A stretch of DNA of 32,000 nucleotides from Methylophilaceae bacterium (lineage in GTDB: Bacteria > Pseudomonadota > Gammaproteobacteria > Burkholderiales > Methylophilaceae). Under the pieces are notes generated by a model. The model made no database searches and was not told the origin of the DNA. It saw only the letters and a list, made by a program, of their open reading frames with translations. The position numbers were made by a program, and so were the translations under genes. Shown here in pieces: positions 8,642 to 18,241 of this stretch (position 1 is its first letter; the number at the start of each line of letters is the position of its first letter). The DNA lies in NCBI GenBank assembly GCA_947379975.1, contig CANCPF010000020.1, forward strand, positions 1 to 32,000, written 5' to 3'.

Positions 8642-8971
8642 ATGGATTATTCAACAGCACCAATTTGGGATGACTGTCCCCACACTAGCAAAATGGCTAA
8701 ACCAAAAGCAACACACCAGGTCCATAACGCCGACGTAATAGAGGTTAACAATGCAAAATATAGAAGTGCAGTGTTTAGTGGCGTTTTTCTATTAAGCCCC
8801 AATATTGAACTGAAAATAATTGAAGGAAAGCAGCGTGCAGAAGTTGAATGTTGTTGGTTTGGACATAAACTTAAAACTAGAGGCATTCGTATCTTAATTG
8901 ATACGCATCAAGGGAGCGCAACAGTTAAAAGAAACTTTAGTGGATTAGTCGTTTGTAATTTAGAAAAGTAA
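8642..8971 (+). CDS. Hypothetical protein (weak call)
   Basis: 109-aa ORF with TGGAG upstream of the ATG. An antisense ORF at 8647-8886 competes with it. Confidence 0.35.
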   Translation: MDYSTAPIWDDCPHTSKMAKPKATHQVHNADVIEVNNAKYRSAVFSGVFLLSPNIELKIIEGKQRAEVECCWFGHKLKTRGIRILIDTHQGSATVKRNFSGLVVCNLEK

Positions 8972-9044
8972 GATCAATATCTAAAATCAGAGGCTTTATT
9001 CTTAGTCGTTAACGACAATCCCATTCCGTTACCTTAAGTAAACC

Positions 9045-9611
9045 TTAAACTAACTCAACTGCATTACGCAGTATGTCTGGACGTGTATCAATATATTTTT
9101 GGGTGGTGCTCATCGCCGAGTGCCCTGCGAGTTGCATCATCACCCTAACTGAAACCCCCTTTTCAGAAAGTTTTGTCAAATATCCTCTGCGACCTGAATG
9201 CGATGTAGCTCCATCTAACCCAGCTTGACGATATAAGCCATTCACAATGTGCGTAAGCGTATTGGAAGTAAAGCCATCAGCACGTAAGGTAGCAAATAAG
9301 GGCTTTTTAAGATCTTTGCATGGCTGAGCTAGTACATAGCTAGCTAATTCAGCTTGCATGCGTTCTGATAACAATACTTCACGGCTTTTACTACCTTTAG
9401 TTTGTTCTGCGCTCAAATAAATCTCAGTACGTATCTTTTGGTCGGTAGTGAGCACATCGCAATAGCGTAGTGCAGCGACTTCACCAATTCGCATTCCAGC
9501 CCAATGTGTGAGTAGTAGAATAGTTTTATTGCGTTTAGCGAATTTAGTTTGATTGGTGTAATCCAGTACACGTTGTAATTCACGATCTGATATTGTTTTT
9601 GCTTGTGACAT
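9045..9611 (-). CDS. Small tyrosine recombinase, catalytic domain only (FimB/FimE-sized)
   Basis: Signatures THWAGMRIGEVAALRY (Arg I), HSGRRGYLT (H-x-x-R) and LAGHSAMSTTQKYI (His...Tyr). Start moved to the ATG at 9611, which is preceded by AAAGGAGAA. Confidence 0.85.
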   Translation of the reverse strand: MSQAKTISDRELQRVLDYTNQTKFAKRNKTILLLTHWAGMRIGEVAALRYCDVLTTDQKIRTEIYLSAEQTKGSKSREVLLSERMQAELASYVLAQPCKDLKKPLFATLRADGFTSNTLTHIVNGLYRQAGLDGATSHSGRRGYLTKLSEKGVSVRVMMQLAGHSAMSTTQKYIDTRPDILRNAVELV

Positions 9612-10649
9612 TTTGTTCTCCTTTTTGAACACATTTTGTTATTAGTATTTTGTTTTCAGTTGAAAGAAATTCCTATCTATTTTGTAAATATTGAAACCAA
9701 ATAACTATCAATGACTTAGCTGTGGTTCGGCCTCTTTGAACACAAAATAGTACAAATGTGTTGAGACGTTTAATAGGGTTTATGGATGTACTAATACCAA
9801 ATGTTTCATTACTAGTATTTAGTGAGGAGTTGGCTTTACTTTGATTATTTCAGGTGACTTCACTTAAATCTGAAATCGATCTATTTGAGCATTACCTGAG
9901 ATTAATATTGGTTTGATGGGAAGTGATTGCATACACATAGTATTAAAGCGAACACGTTCGCTTGTTCTTCGCTTGCGCTCATCACATTTTTTCTTTATGT
10001 GATTGTTATTTAAAACTTCATAGCTCTTCATAATTGGATAGATGAATTATTGATGTGTTTTTCTGTTTTTCCCATTTAGTAGGAAGAATAAGCCACGCCC
10101 TTTTACAGGGCATGGTCTTGAGTACACCTTTTAGTGAGGTATCCAAACAACTGATATACACACAACTTGAATTAACAAGTAAGGCAGGTTTTGCGGTCTC
10201 CTTTTACGTGCTCGTCTTACGCAACATATCTATCGCCTATATCAGAAGCTTGTTTAGATATGTTTGTGGGCTAAATGTGGCGTTCCCACTCACTTTCAGC
10301 TTATCCATTCGCGATAAGCCTACATTACGTATTACTACGCAACTAACCATATACAACATTACAAACGTTACAGCACAGTGGTGCGTCGTTTAAGGCATCC
10401 ATAAAGGGTAGTGTAATGAAGATGAGTAGTAAGTGACTCAATTTGCTTACCGTCACGCATTTAAGAACGGATTTCGCAGCACTATGATAATCGGCGTGCC
10501 AACCTTAACCTTACTTGTACACTTATTTATACTTGAACAGTAACAACCAAGATTAAATGTGGTTCTTGTTCAAGATTGGCCAAAAGAGGTTGTCCAGACC
10601 CTAGATCAGATCATATTGTTGTGTTGCCTTAACTAAATGGAGATAAATC

Positions 10650-11093
10650 ATGGCAACACTTAATACGCTTAAACTCACTGATGCAAAGAAACCAAAAGCA
10701 CTAGCACCGATTGTGCATCGTAGGAATAAGTTGATTGATAAACTATGGGAGCAGTTACAGCTAGCACGTGCTAAGCAAGCAGGTAATGAATATGCACCCT
10801 TAAAAGATAAACGCATGAAGGATGTAGATGGTATTACCAGATCCATCCAAGTACCTAAACGCATTAAGCCTTGGTGGTTCATAGCAGACAATGGCAAGCT
10901 TTGCCTATCGATATACTATGGCGCTAAAACATTAGAGCTTGCTAAAGGAAAGTCTGCAGCTGAAGTGTCCAACATGGATGAAGTAATTGATGTACTGGAA
11001 TTGCTCAAAGTTGAAACGGCTGCAGGTACATTTGATGCGGCGATTGAAACAGCCAGTGGGGCTCTGCGCAGTAACTTTAAACAAACAGTTTAA
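10650..11093 (+). CDS. Hypothetical protein
   Basis: 147-aa ORF with TGGAGA upstream of the ATG. Followed by a 27-bp palindrome. Confidence 0.65.
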   Translation: MATLNTLKLTDAKKPKALAPIVHRRNKLIDKLWEQLQLARAKQAGNEYAPLKDKRMKDVDGITRSIQVPKRIKPWWFIADNGKLCLSIYYGAKTLELAKGKSAAEVSNMDEVIDVLELLKVETAAGTFDAAIETASGALRSNFKQTV

Positions 11094-11117
11094 TCTTGTG
11101 GGGCTAGTGTGAAATCA

Positions 11118-11144
11118 ACAAGCGTTACTTTAAGTAACGCTTGT
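11118..11144. repeat. Palindrome ACAAGCGTTAC-tttaa-GTAACGCTTGT (CGTTAC-N5-GTAACG family), possible terminator hairpin
   Basis: Perfect 11-bp arms, 25 nt after the stop at 11093. Confidence 0.7.
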
Positions 11145-11379
11145 CCCACCTAACGTATTAAGAACTATTCTTGTTATGCCTGTCATCCCCACGAAGACAT
11201 TTTTAAAAATCTACCAAAAAATCGCCAAAAAACCACCAAAACCGCTTCAAAACTGAGAATTCAATAATAAATTTAGTTGGGGTGCACAATCACCAGAGGC
11301 CGAGATCTCCACACCCTTTGAAAATTGCGCGGTAAATTTTTAGCTAAGTGTATATGACCCCTTGGACATAAATACTCGT

Positions 11380-11556
11380 ATGCGCTTCTATGAATTCATG
11401 ACTCCACGTATTAAACCTCAAAAGCCACTCAATGCAGAACAGGCAAGACTAAGAAATCTCAAATATCAAATAAAAAGAAGTAAAGATGCATTGAAGGCTG
11501 AAAAAGCTAGGCAGAAGATCAAAGCAGGGCAACAGTCACTATCAAATATTATTTAA
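11380..11556 (+). CDS. Hypothetical small basic protein (weak call)
   Basis: ATG at 11380 (the track uses TTG at 11362). No clear Shine-Dalgarno sequence. Lys/Arg-rich. Confidence 0.25.
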   Translation: MRFYEFMTPRIKPQKPLNAEQARLRNLKYQIKRSKDALKAEKARQKIKAGQQSLSNII

Positions 11557-11974
11557 AAGCATTATGGTAGATAAGTGTTGCTGTACCTGCTAATTTCTCT
11601 AGTTCGTTAACTATATCAGCAAAATCATTATCATTTAAATTGGCAGCTAAAAACATAACGGGCTTGTTGCTTTGTATAGGAGTTATATCGAACAGATATC
11701 CATCTGGATCTTGAATTACAGAATGAGCAAAAAACTCGATATGCTCTAATTTTGATTCACTTTTTTCAAATATCCAACCATATATAATCTTATGGCTAGA
11801 ATTTGATTTTAAAAAACCACGAGTGTTTTCATGACAATTTCTAGCTAGACTTAATTGCCCATCTATCTCTACCTGCTTAAATGTTAAGCTCCCAGATTCG
11901 TTTATTCGACTAAACAAATAAGAAGAATACTTTCTTAAAGCATCTAATGTTAATTCATTAGGCAGCGAGTACAT
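11549..11974 (-). CDS. Hypothetical protein, last gene of the TerY-P operon
   Basis: 141-aa ORF, 18 nt downstream of the Sel1-repeat gene on the same strand. Confidence 0.6.
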   Translation of the reverse strand: MYSLPNELTLDALRKYSSYLFSRINESGSLTFKQVEIDGQLSLARNCHENTRGFLKSNSSHKIIYGWIFEKSESKLEHIEFFAHSVIQDPDGYLFDITPIQSNKPVMFLAANLNDNDFADIVNELEKLAGTATLIYHNAFK

Positions 11975-11992
11975 ATGTATAAAAACATTTAC

Positions 11993-13198
11993 CTAATTGG
12001 AATAAATTTTTATTACTTGAACGGATTGCTCCAAATGGCCGCACCATTTTTTAATGCGTTTGTCCTTACTTTTCATCCCCTCATTTGCAAAGACTAATGC
12101 CGTATCAATCTGATTTATGTTTCGATAATAATCGCCAAGTAAACATGATGATCTTGCATCTCCATTTTTTGATTTGGCTTTTAAGTAATCTAGAAATTCA
12201 GATTGACTTGCGGGCATTCTGTTTTTTTCAGACATCCATTCTTTATATGGTAGCGCATCGAACCTTCCGTTCTGCTCAGTCCAATAATCGTAGATCATTA
12301 AAAATCTTTCTGCGTCATCAGAAGTTTTGGCAGTGAATTCAAATTGTCCCGGATAAAAAAAACTGTAGAAAATTAGATTGTACATACCAAACCCACTCCC
12401 GTAGTTGATCGCTTTATTAAATTGCTCGGTGGCTCTCTTAAGATCAACCTGAGTGCCAATTCCTCTCTCGTAAAAGAGGCCAAGATTATTTATAGCGTTT
12501 GGCACTGACTTATCATCGCTGGCATACTCGAATAATTGTTTAGCAGTCGTCCTTTTAGCTATTTCTGGACTACTAAGCCCAATATATGCATAGTTAACTT
12601 TACATGCCCAGCCACCATCCTGAATACATTTTTCAAATAATTCGATACCTTTATTAGGATTAAAGAACGCGGAATTTGGTTCTAGCAACTTAGAGGCATA
12701 AAATCCAGTAGATTTAGGACGATCGAAAACCTTAGAGCAATATTCTCTTTCTTTACTTTCATTTTTTAAAACACTCTCTTTACCACCATAAATATCGCAA
12801 AATTTATATTCAATAAATTGCTTGTCATCTTCGTTAGCTTTTTTATAAATACCAACGAGTTTTTCAACCCAAAATTTGGCTTTTTGCTCGTCAATGCTAA
12901 CTCCATTAACCCCTTGACTATACTTAATTATAAGAAGAGCATTTGCTCTGATGTCTCCTTTTTTTGCCAAATCTGATAACAAAGGGAGTGCATCTGGCCC
13001 TCTATAGGAATTGATTAGAATATTAGCGAGATCGAGTTTATCTTCATTATCTATTTTTTTAGAAATAGGCTCATGATTTGCTATTATGTAATCCATACCC
13101 TTTTCATCAAAAATATCTTTTAATTTTAATGTGGTTGCGCCAGCATAAAATGGGGCGATAACTACTAAAACGATAATAAGCTTGAATAAGTTTTTCAT
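11993..13198 (-). CDS. Secreted Sel1-like repeat (SLR/TPR) protein
   Basis: N-terminal signal peptide MKNLFKLIIVLVVIAPFYAGA. Sel1-type repeats, for example AINNLGLFYERGIGTQVDLKRATEQFNKAI. Confidence 0.8.
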   Translation of the reverse strand: MKNLFKLIIVLVVIAPFYAGATTLKLKDIFDEKGMDYIIANHEPISKKIDNEDKLDLANILINSYRGPDALPLLSDLAKKGDIRANALLIIKYSQGVNGVSIDEQKAKFWVEKLVGIYKKANEDDKQFIEYKFCDIYGGKESVLKNESKEREYCSKVFDRPKSTGFYASKLLEPNSAFFNPNKGIELFEKCIQDGGWACKVNYAYIGLSSPEIAKRTTAKQLFEYASDDKSVPNAINNLGLFYERGIGTQVDLKRATEQFNKAINYGSGFGMYNLIFYSFFYPGQFEFTAKTSDDAERFLMIYDYWTEQNGRFDALPYKEWMSEKNRMPASQSEFLDYLKAKSKNGDARSSCLLGDYYRNINQIDTALVFANEGMKSKDKRIKKWCGHLEQSVQVIKIYSN

Positions 13199-13217
13199 TC
13201 AATTTTCCAGTTAATTG

Positions 13218-15239
13218 TTATTTTGCTTCTAGCTGCTTGATCTGCGTATTTATACATTTATTATATGCAGCAGGCCCATTAATAAATTTATCTTCTGAAC
13301 AATTGATTTCAACCCTCTTTTTCTGTTCTTCAGTGAGTGAATCTAAAGCCAAATTGCTCGTTTGCTGATTTAACTTCTTAAGATGATTGAGCATGCATTG
13401 ATCATATGAGTTTTTACCGGCAAATGTAGACTGTGTACAAGCTGAAGTAATGGAGTCAAACTCGCCTTTATTTAGCGTTGATAGCTGTGATTTTATAAAG
13501 TCGTCTTTACCTGCTTTTGGATTCGTAATAATTGCTGATTTTTTATTTTTGCTTATAGCTTTACTATCTGAGCCTTTAGAATCTAATTCCCGTTCAAGAA
13601 GAGTTATTTGATCTCTATATTCTTCGGCGTAATTTATCCAAAGACTTTCATTAAGCTGTTTTTTTGCCGCTTCAATATACTCTCTGGCTTTAAGATAATT
13701 GTTTGTTTTTAAGTATATTCTTGCTAAGGCAGTCTCAGTCTGAGCACTGTGGTGGTGATTCATTAGAGCCTTTTCATACCATCCTATTGCCTCAAATACA
13801 TTTTTATCTACACCCCAGCCTCTTTCATAAAGCATCCCAATATTGCTAGCGCCCTCCATGTGCCCAAGGTTATATCCATTTAAATTTAATTCATATGCTT
13901 TCTTATAATCATGAAAGCTATTGTTAGGATCCATTAGGCGCCACCCTTCATTCACCACTTGTCTTGCGGTAGCAGAAGGGGCATCAGGATCTATAGCAAT
14001 CAGAGTGCTTGGTGAGTATTCGGTAGGGGCTTTTGGTTTATCAAAGATAGGGATTAATATTATTAGAAAGGCAGCGAATAAAAACATAAGCAACACGATT
14101 TTGAAATCCTTACGTGGTTTAGTACTTGGTGTTACTATATTTTTCGTAAGGAGGGGTATGATTGTTTTATTCGAATTTGGTTTAAAATCTTTCAAGCTTT
14201 GCAGATAGCAAGTAGGACACTCTTTACCTTTGAATCTCATGTGAGCAATGTTTAAAGGCTCTTTATCACATCTAACTAATGACTTTTCTACCAAAAGCTT
14301 TTCAAGATGATTTGCCCATTTTTCTGCCGAAGGCCTTTCATCAAGCTTTCCTATAAATGCTCTATCAAATAGCTCTCTGGTTTTGTTATCCCATAAAAAA
14401 TGGATACTTTGAGGTCTTGGTTTGATGCTCAGGTTCGGCTGAATAGCATGCGGATATAGCCCTGCCGCAGCTTTTTCATCATTAGTCGCAATCCCTTCAT
14501 CGTCTACAAGGATGCCTTGAAACGGATGAGTGCCATTATTTAAAAGCTGAAACAATATTACAGCTAAGGCATATCTATCCTGATTCTCACCTAAATCTTT
14601 TGGTGATATCTTTCCTCTAAAAGCCTCTGGAGAAATGTAATCTGTAGAAATTAATTCCGCTGGGAATCGACTACTTTCATTGGACTTCTTGTCAGCTACT
14701 GAAAAGCCATCGCAATCCACCAATGAAACAATATGTGTTTGCCTGAATACTCTTATGTTCTGTGGCTTAAGGTCAATGAAGTAATGCTTGTTTTTATGTA
14801 GGGCAGCTACAATTAATGAGAGATTTTTTGCAATTTCTAACTTGTATGAGAATGCCACCTCATCTGGAGCATTTAGTTTTTTGAATAAAACTTGATCATA
14901 AAAATAATCTAAAGAAAAAGAGTCATGAAGGTCGACAAGTGGCATTAAATAACCAGCCGTCACTCCATGCTCATCTTTTAGGGTAGCAAAAGGCCAGGCT
15001 ATTTGTGGGTATGTCACTCCAGCAAAACTAATATGAATATCATCAGGTTTATTAGACAACATTGCCCTGATTTTGGGCTCATCTACCTTCTTATTGGCAT
15101 GATAGACCTTTGCCGCTACCACCTCAGATTCAAACTCTACTTTGTAAATGACAGCGGTAGCGCCTTTGCCTAGTTGATTGGTTGGGCTTATATCTACTGC
15201 GACTTTATGATTGCTTGTGTCATGAACGAAGTATCTCAA
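13218..15239 (-). CDS. Membrane-spanning Ser/Thr protein kinase with extracytoplasmic Sel1-repeat and Cys-motif C-terminal region
   Basis: Kinase motifs: GKGATAVIYKV (G-loop), VAAKVY (Lys), FIDLKPQNIRV (catalytic loop), VDCDGFS (DFG-like), ISPE (APE-like). TM helix IVLLMFLFAAFLIILIPIF. Sel1 repeat NIGMLYERGWGVDKN. TTG start overlaps the PP2C stop (TTGA). Confidence 0.9.
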   Translation of the reverse strand: MRYFVHDTSNHKVAVDISPTNQLGKGATAVIYKVEFESEVVAAKVYHANKKVDEPKIRAMLSNKPDDIHISFAGVTYPQIAWPFATLKDEHGVTAGYLMPLVDLHDSFSLDYFYDQVLFKKLNAPDEVAFSYKLEIAKNLSLIVAALHKNKHYFIDLKPQNIRVFRQTHIVSLVDCDGFSVADKKSNESSRFPAELISTDYISPEAFRGKISPKDLGENQDRYALAVILFQLLNNGTHPFQGILVDDEGIATNDEKAAAGLYPHAIQPNLSIKPRPQSIHFLWDNKTRELFDRAFIGKLDERPSAEKWANHLEKLLVEKSLVRCDKEPLNIAHMRFKGKECPTCYLQSLKDFKPNSNKTIIPLLTKNIVTPSTKPRKDFKIVLLMFLFAAFLIILIPIFDKPKAPTEYSPSTLIAIDPDAPSATARQVVNEGWRLMDPNNSFHDYKKAYELNLNGYNLGHMEGASNIGMLYERGWGVDKNVFEAIGWYEKALMNHHHSAQTETALARIYLKTNNYLKAREYIEAAKKQLNESLWINYAEEYRDQITLLERELDSKGSDSKAISKNKKSAIITNPKAGKDDFIKSQLSTLNKGEFDSITSACTQSTFAGKNSYDQCMLNHLKKLNQQTSNLALDSLTEEQKKRVEINCSEDKFINGPAAYNKCINTQIKQLEAK

Positions 15240-16243
15240 TTAAAAAATCCCTTGAAGGATAAGTAGCTTAATCTAATAAGATAAAAAACGATCACACCTA
15301 AAGTAATGAAAAATGTGTACTTGGCGAAGTGCCCTAACAGATAAGCCCATTTAGTCTCTGCCACGATTGAGTGCTTACCTTGAGTCACATCAGCTTTTAG
15401 GTATTTCTTATCAGTATTAACATGTTCAATCTTTTTAGGTTCTTTAACGATTGATTTGTCTTCAGATTCGTCAATGTGAACTCCTCTTCTAAAAGCCAAA
15501 CAAATTGTTTTATCATCGCCTGTTAATTTATCTGCCTGAATGTCAGCTAAGATTGATTTGAGTTTGTCATTTCTTCCAGTCTGACTCTTCTCTTTCTCGA
15601 TCATATTAAATAGAGGAACGACGAAACCCCATTTAGGCTCACTATCGTTAACCATCGATAGTGAAGTACCTCCGTCAGTACCAAGCATTATCCAGTCTAC
15701 TGAGTTGATTGGAATGATTCTTAAACGCTTAATCCAGTCAGCTTCAGTAATAAAGTATGTTTCATTTGAATATTCGCCATTTTCTGGTAAGGAAGAGAAG
15801 TAATCTGCTTTTATATTGGTAGAAATAGACTTACCACCAAAAGCAGCGCCATCTCCAATATGAATTAGAAAACCCCCAGTTTCACCAATCAGACAAGCTA
15901 ACAAAGTACAGTGATAATTCCTTAGGTTGTCGCTTTTAGCTATTGTTCTTAGCTCATAACGAGCCTTTAGAATAGATTCGACTACATAGTCATTTATCCA
16001 AGCCCCTGGCTCTCTTTTTTCCAATTCTTCACTGAGTGAAATCAGTGATTTTGAGAAAAATTCCGTTACAAAACTCGAGCTGATTTGAGAGTGCTTGGCA
16101 GAGCCTGCTCCATCACTGACTACAATAGCAAGCCACTTCCCATCTGCACTTTCTGATACGAAGCTTGAGTCCTGACAAGGCAAACCAGTTTTAACATGGT
16201 TCTGCCCAGTAACAGATGAATATGAATAAACCCAATTCGTCAT
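15236..16243 (-). CDS. PP2C-family protein phosphatase with C-terminal TM anchor
   Basis: Motifs AIVVSDGAGSAKHS and IMLGTDGG. C-terminal hydrophobic helix FFITLGVIVFYLIRLSYL. Confidence 0.85.
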   Translation of the reverse strand: MTNWVYSYSSVTGQNHVKTGLPCQDSSFVSESADGKWLAIVVSDGAGSAKHSQISSSFVTEFFSKSLISLSEELEKREPGAWINDYVVESILKARYELRTIAKSDNLRNYHCTLLACLIGETGGFLIHIGDGAAFGGKSISTNIKADYFSSLPENGEYSNETYFITEADWIKRLRIIPINSVDWIMLGTDGGTSLSMVNDSEPKWGFVVPLFNMIEKEKSQTGRNDKLKSILADIQADKLTGDDKTICLAFRRGVHIDESEDKSIVKEPKKIEHVNTDKKYLKADVTQGKHSIVAETKWAYLLGHFAKYTFFITLGVIVFYLIRLSYLSFKGFFN

Positions 16244-16930
16244 TTATAAACCTACATTTCTCCAAGGGTCTGTCGATGGCAACTGAACCGTTTCGCCAGG
16301 TCTACTGCGACTGGCAGCACTCAAACTAGAACTCAGCCAAACAAACAACTCCTTGAATTTCATCCCTTCAAGCATCAGAGGTGGTTTGGTCGAGATTTGT
16401 GCCAATTTTGACAAGTCTGCACCTTCAACACCAATTGAAAAAATCTCCACTTTTTTAGTGGATTCTGCAGATTTACATTCTCTAATTGCAGCATTCCACT
16501 CGTCTGATGAATCAGTTGGTTCCCCATCAGAAATCACCATAATCCAAGGCCTAGTGTAAGAGATTCCAGCAGCCTTAAGGTTAGATTTGCCATCTTCAAC
16601 TAACTGAAGGGCAATTCGAAGACCTTTACCTAGGGGAGTTGAGCCTCCGGCTCTAATTGAAAAGGAGGAGAAATTGACAGCATCTGTCCAATCCATCATT
16701 ATTTCAGCGTCGTTTGTGGGGCCACCAACAGTTACGATTGATATCTGAACGCGGCTTAATGCAGCGTCATCTGCTCTTAAAGCTTCCTCTAATGCATGCA
16801 CTCCAACATTCAATTCTTCCATGCGAGTTTTGCCAGAGGATGTTCTGCTTTCCATAGAGCCTGACGCGTCTAGAACTAGTACACAAGGCGTTCTTTGGTT
16901 TGGATTACCACTAAAATCTATTGCACTCAT
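16244..16930 (-). CDS. vWA-domain protein (TerY-like)
   Basis: MIDAS motif VLVLDASGSM, downstream ISDGEPTD. Abuts the PP2C gene (TAA then ATG). Confidence 0.9.
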   Translation of the reverse strand: MSAIDFSGNPNQRTPCVLVLDASGSMESRTSSGKTRMEELNVGVHALEEALRADDAALSRVQISIVTVGGPTNDAEIMMDWTDAVNFSSFSIRAGGSTPLGKGLRIALQLVEDGKSNLKAAGISYTRPWIMVISDGEPTDSSDEWNAAIRECKSAESTKKVEIFSIGVEGADLSKLAQISTKPPLMLEGMKFKELFVWLSSSLSAASRSRPGETVQLPSTDPWRNVGL

Positions 16931-16943
16931 AAGCCACCATAAT

Positions 16944-17639
16944 TTAGTAAGTTGAATGATTAATTGCTGCTATAACAGCAAAGAGTAAGCACATAACAAT
17001 AAAAGATAATAACGCATATACAAAGATAGTCATGCCTGACTTCCCATTTACCCCTCTAACAACTACGGTGCATGACATGATGTCATGCAGTGTTTGTTTC
17101 TTTGCGGTAAATGGCTGCATAAAATATCCCAATCCCATGAGCAAGGCAGAAAGCCATCGACCAAAGTATCTTCCAACACCTTGACCTAAAGAAATTTGAC
17201 TGAAATTATAGTCAGTAACTTCGAGCCCTAGCCACTCTTTGCCAAAAGTGGCTCTTTTATTGCTCGACTCCATTAGCGAATGATAAAAAACCATAACTAC
17301 TATTCCAAGAAGATAATAGAAGGCGAGTGCTCTTGTGCCTGCTACATTTACTCCCTCTGTCGTGAGAATTAATCCGAAAACGAAGCCAATTAAAAGATTA
17401 GCTAAGCCACCAATGCAAGTGTCAATTGAAGCTGCTGCAAACCTCTCCCAAAAACCAGCATAAATATAAGCAACTGGAGTAGCAAGTGAAGATGTATTAG
17501 AAGGCAAAACAGTTTGAGCTGCTTTGGCTGCTTTTATTTGAACTGGCGTCTGACTAAAAATACGATGGCCACATTGTGGGCAAAATCGCATTGTTCCCAT
17601 TACTGAAGTACCACAACCTTCACAGTATTTGTCAGACAT
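16944..17639 (-). CDS. Zinc-ribbon plus RDD-family membrane protein
   Basis: N-terminal CEGCG...CPQCG. RDD-like WERFAAASIDT. Several TM helices. C-terminal TLHDIMSCTVVV. Confidence 0.8.
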   Translation of the reverse strand: MSDKYCEGCGTSVMGTMRFCPQCGHRIFSQTPVQIKAAKAAQTVLPSNTSSLATPVAYIYAGFWERFAAASIDTCIGGLANLLIGFVFGLILTTEGVNVAGTRALAFYYLLGIVVMVFYHSLMESSNKRATFGKEWLGLEVTDYNFSQISLGQGVGRYFGRWLSALLMGLGYFMQPFTAKKQTLHDIMSCTVVVRGVNGKSGMTIFVYALLSFIVMCLLFAVIAAINHSTY

Positions 17640-17654
17640 AGCTTGCTCCTTTAA

Positions 17655-18206
17655 TTAAATATCAACTGATGACCAATCAGCATCTTTGTATTTTTCATTT
17701 CTAACTGCGATTGCTTCTGCTATACAAACATAAGCATCTTCTAAGATGCTTTGATCTCGGTAAAGATCTGGATTCTTATCAAAACGACCGTAGGATTGTG
17801 GGGAAAAACTCCCGTTAGACAATATATAGAACCTAACCCATACATCACCTAGAGTGGCTTTTTTTGCTGAGAGATCAACAATCCAAGGAGCTGCAGGGCC
17901 ACCTCTCGATTTAACTTTCTTTATAATTTTTACCAACTCTTTTGAGCTCTCCATTTGAAGAAGTAGTTGGTTTTTCACTTGCTCAGGACTTAACAAGGCA
18001 ACTGAAAAGCCATCAGGCCTCCAAGGAAGTCCCATCTGATTTAGATACATCCAAGCGTTAATTACGCATTCTATAGACCTAGGAATTTCCACTTCGCCTG
18101 ATAGCCAGCGCTGAACAGTCCTTACATTCATATCAAGCAGTTGAGCAAGCTCGAGGAAATTCAGTCCTAAAGTTACTAAAGATTCTCTTAATAATGATGA
18201 TTGCAT
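17655..18206 (-). CDS. HTH (XRE-like) domain protein, first gene of the TerY-P operon
   Basis: N-terminal LELAQLLDMNVRTVQRWLSGEVEIP helix-turn-helix. The rest is unknown. Confidence 0.7.
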   Translation of the reverse strand: MQSSLLRESLVTLGLNFLELAQLLDMNVRTVQRWLSGEVEIPRSIECVINAWMYLNQMGLPWRPDGFSVALLSPEQVKNQLLLQMESSKELVKIIKKVKSRGGPAAPWIVDLSAKKATLGDVWVRFYILSNGSFSPQSYGRFDKNPDLYRDQSILEDAYVCIAEAIAVRNEKYKDADWSSVDI

Positions 18207-18212
18207 AACTAC

Positions 18213-18241
18213 AATCTATATGACATTATGTCGCATGTCAA
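18213..18241 (-). promoter_or_regulatory. Sigma-70-like promoter, TTGACA-N17-TAGATT, overlapping a palindrome
   Basis: On the minus strand the -35 TTGACA is at 18241-18236 and the -10 TAGATT at 18218-18213. The predicted start is at or next to the ATG (18206). The palindrome GACAT-t-ATGTC lies in the spacer. Confidence 0.4.

Noticed and set aside
8647-8886. 79-aa hydrophobic minus-strand ORF
   Set aside because: It competes with the plus-strand ORF at 8642-8971, which has a better ribosome-binding site. Neither is strong, so only the plus-strand one is listed, at low confidence.
10055-10393. 112-aa ORF in the large gap next to the small recombinase
   Set aside because: GTG-type start with no ribosome-binding site and an odd residue composition. 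It sits in a hairpin-rich region, so I treated the region as noncoding.
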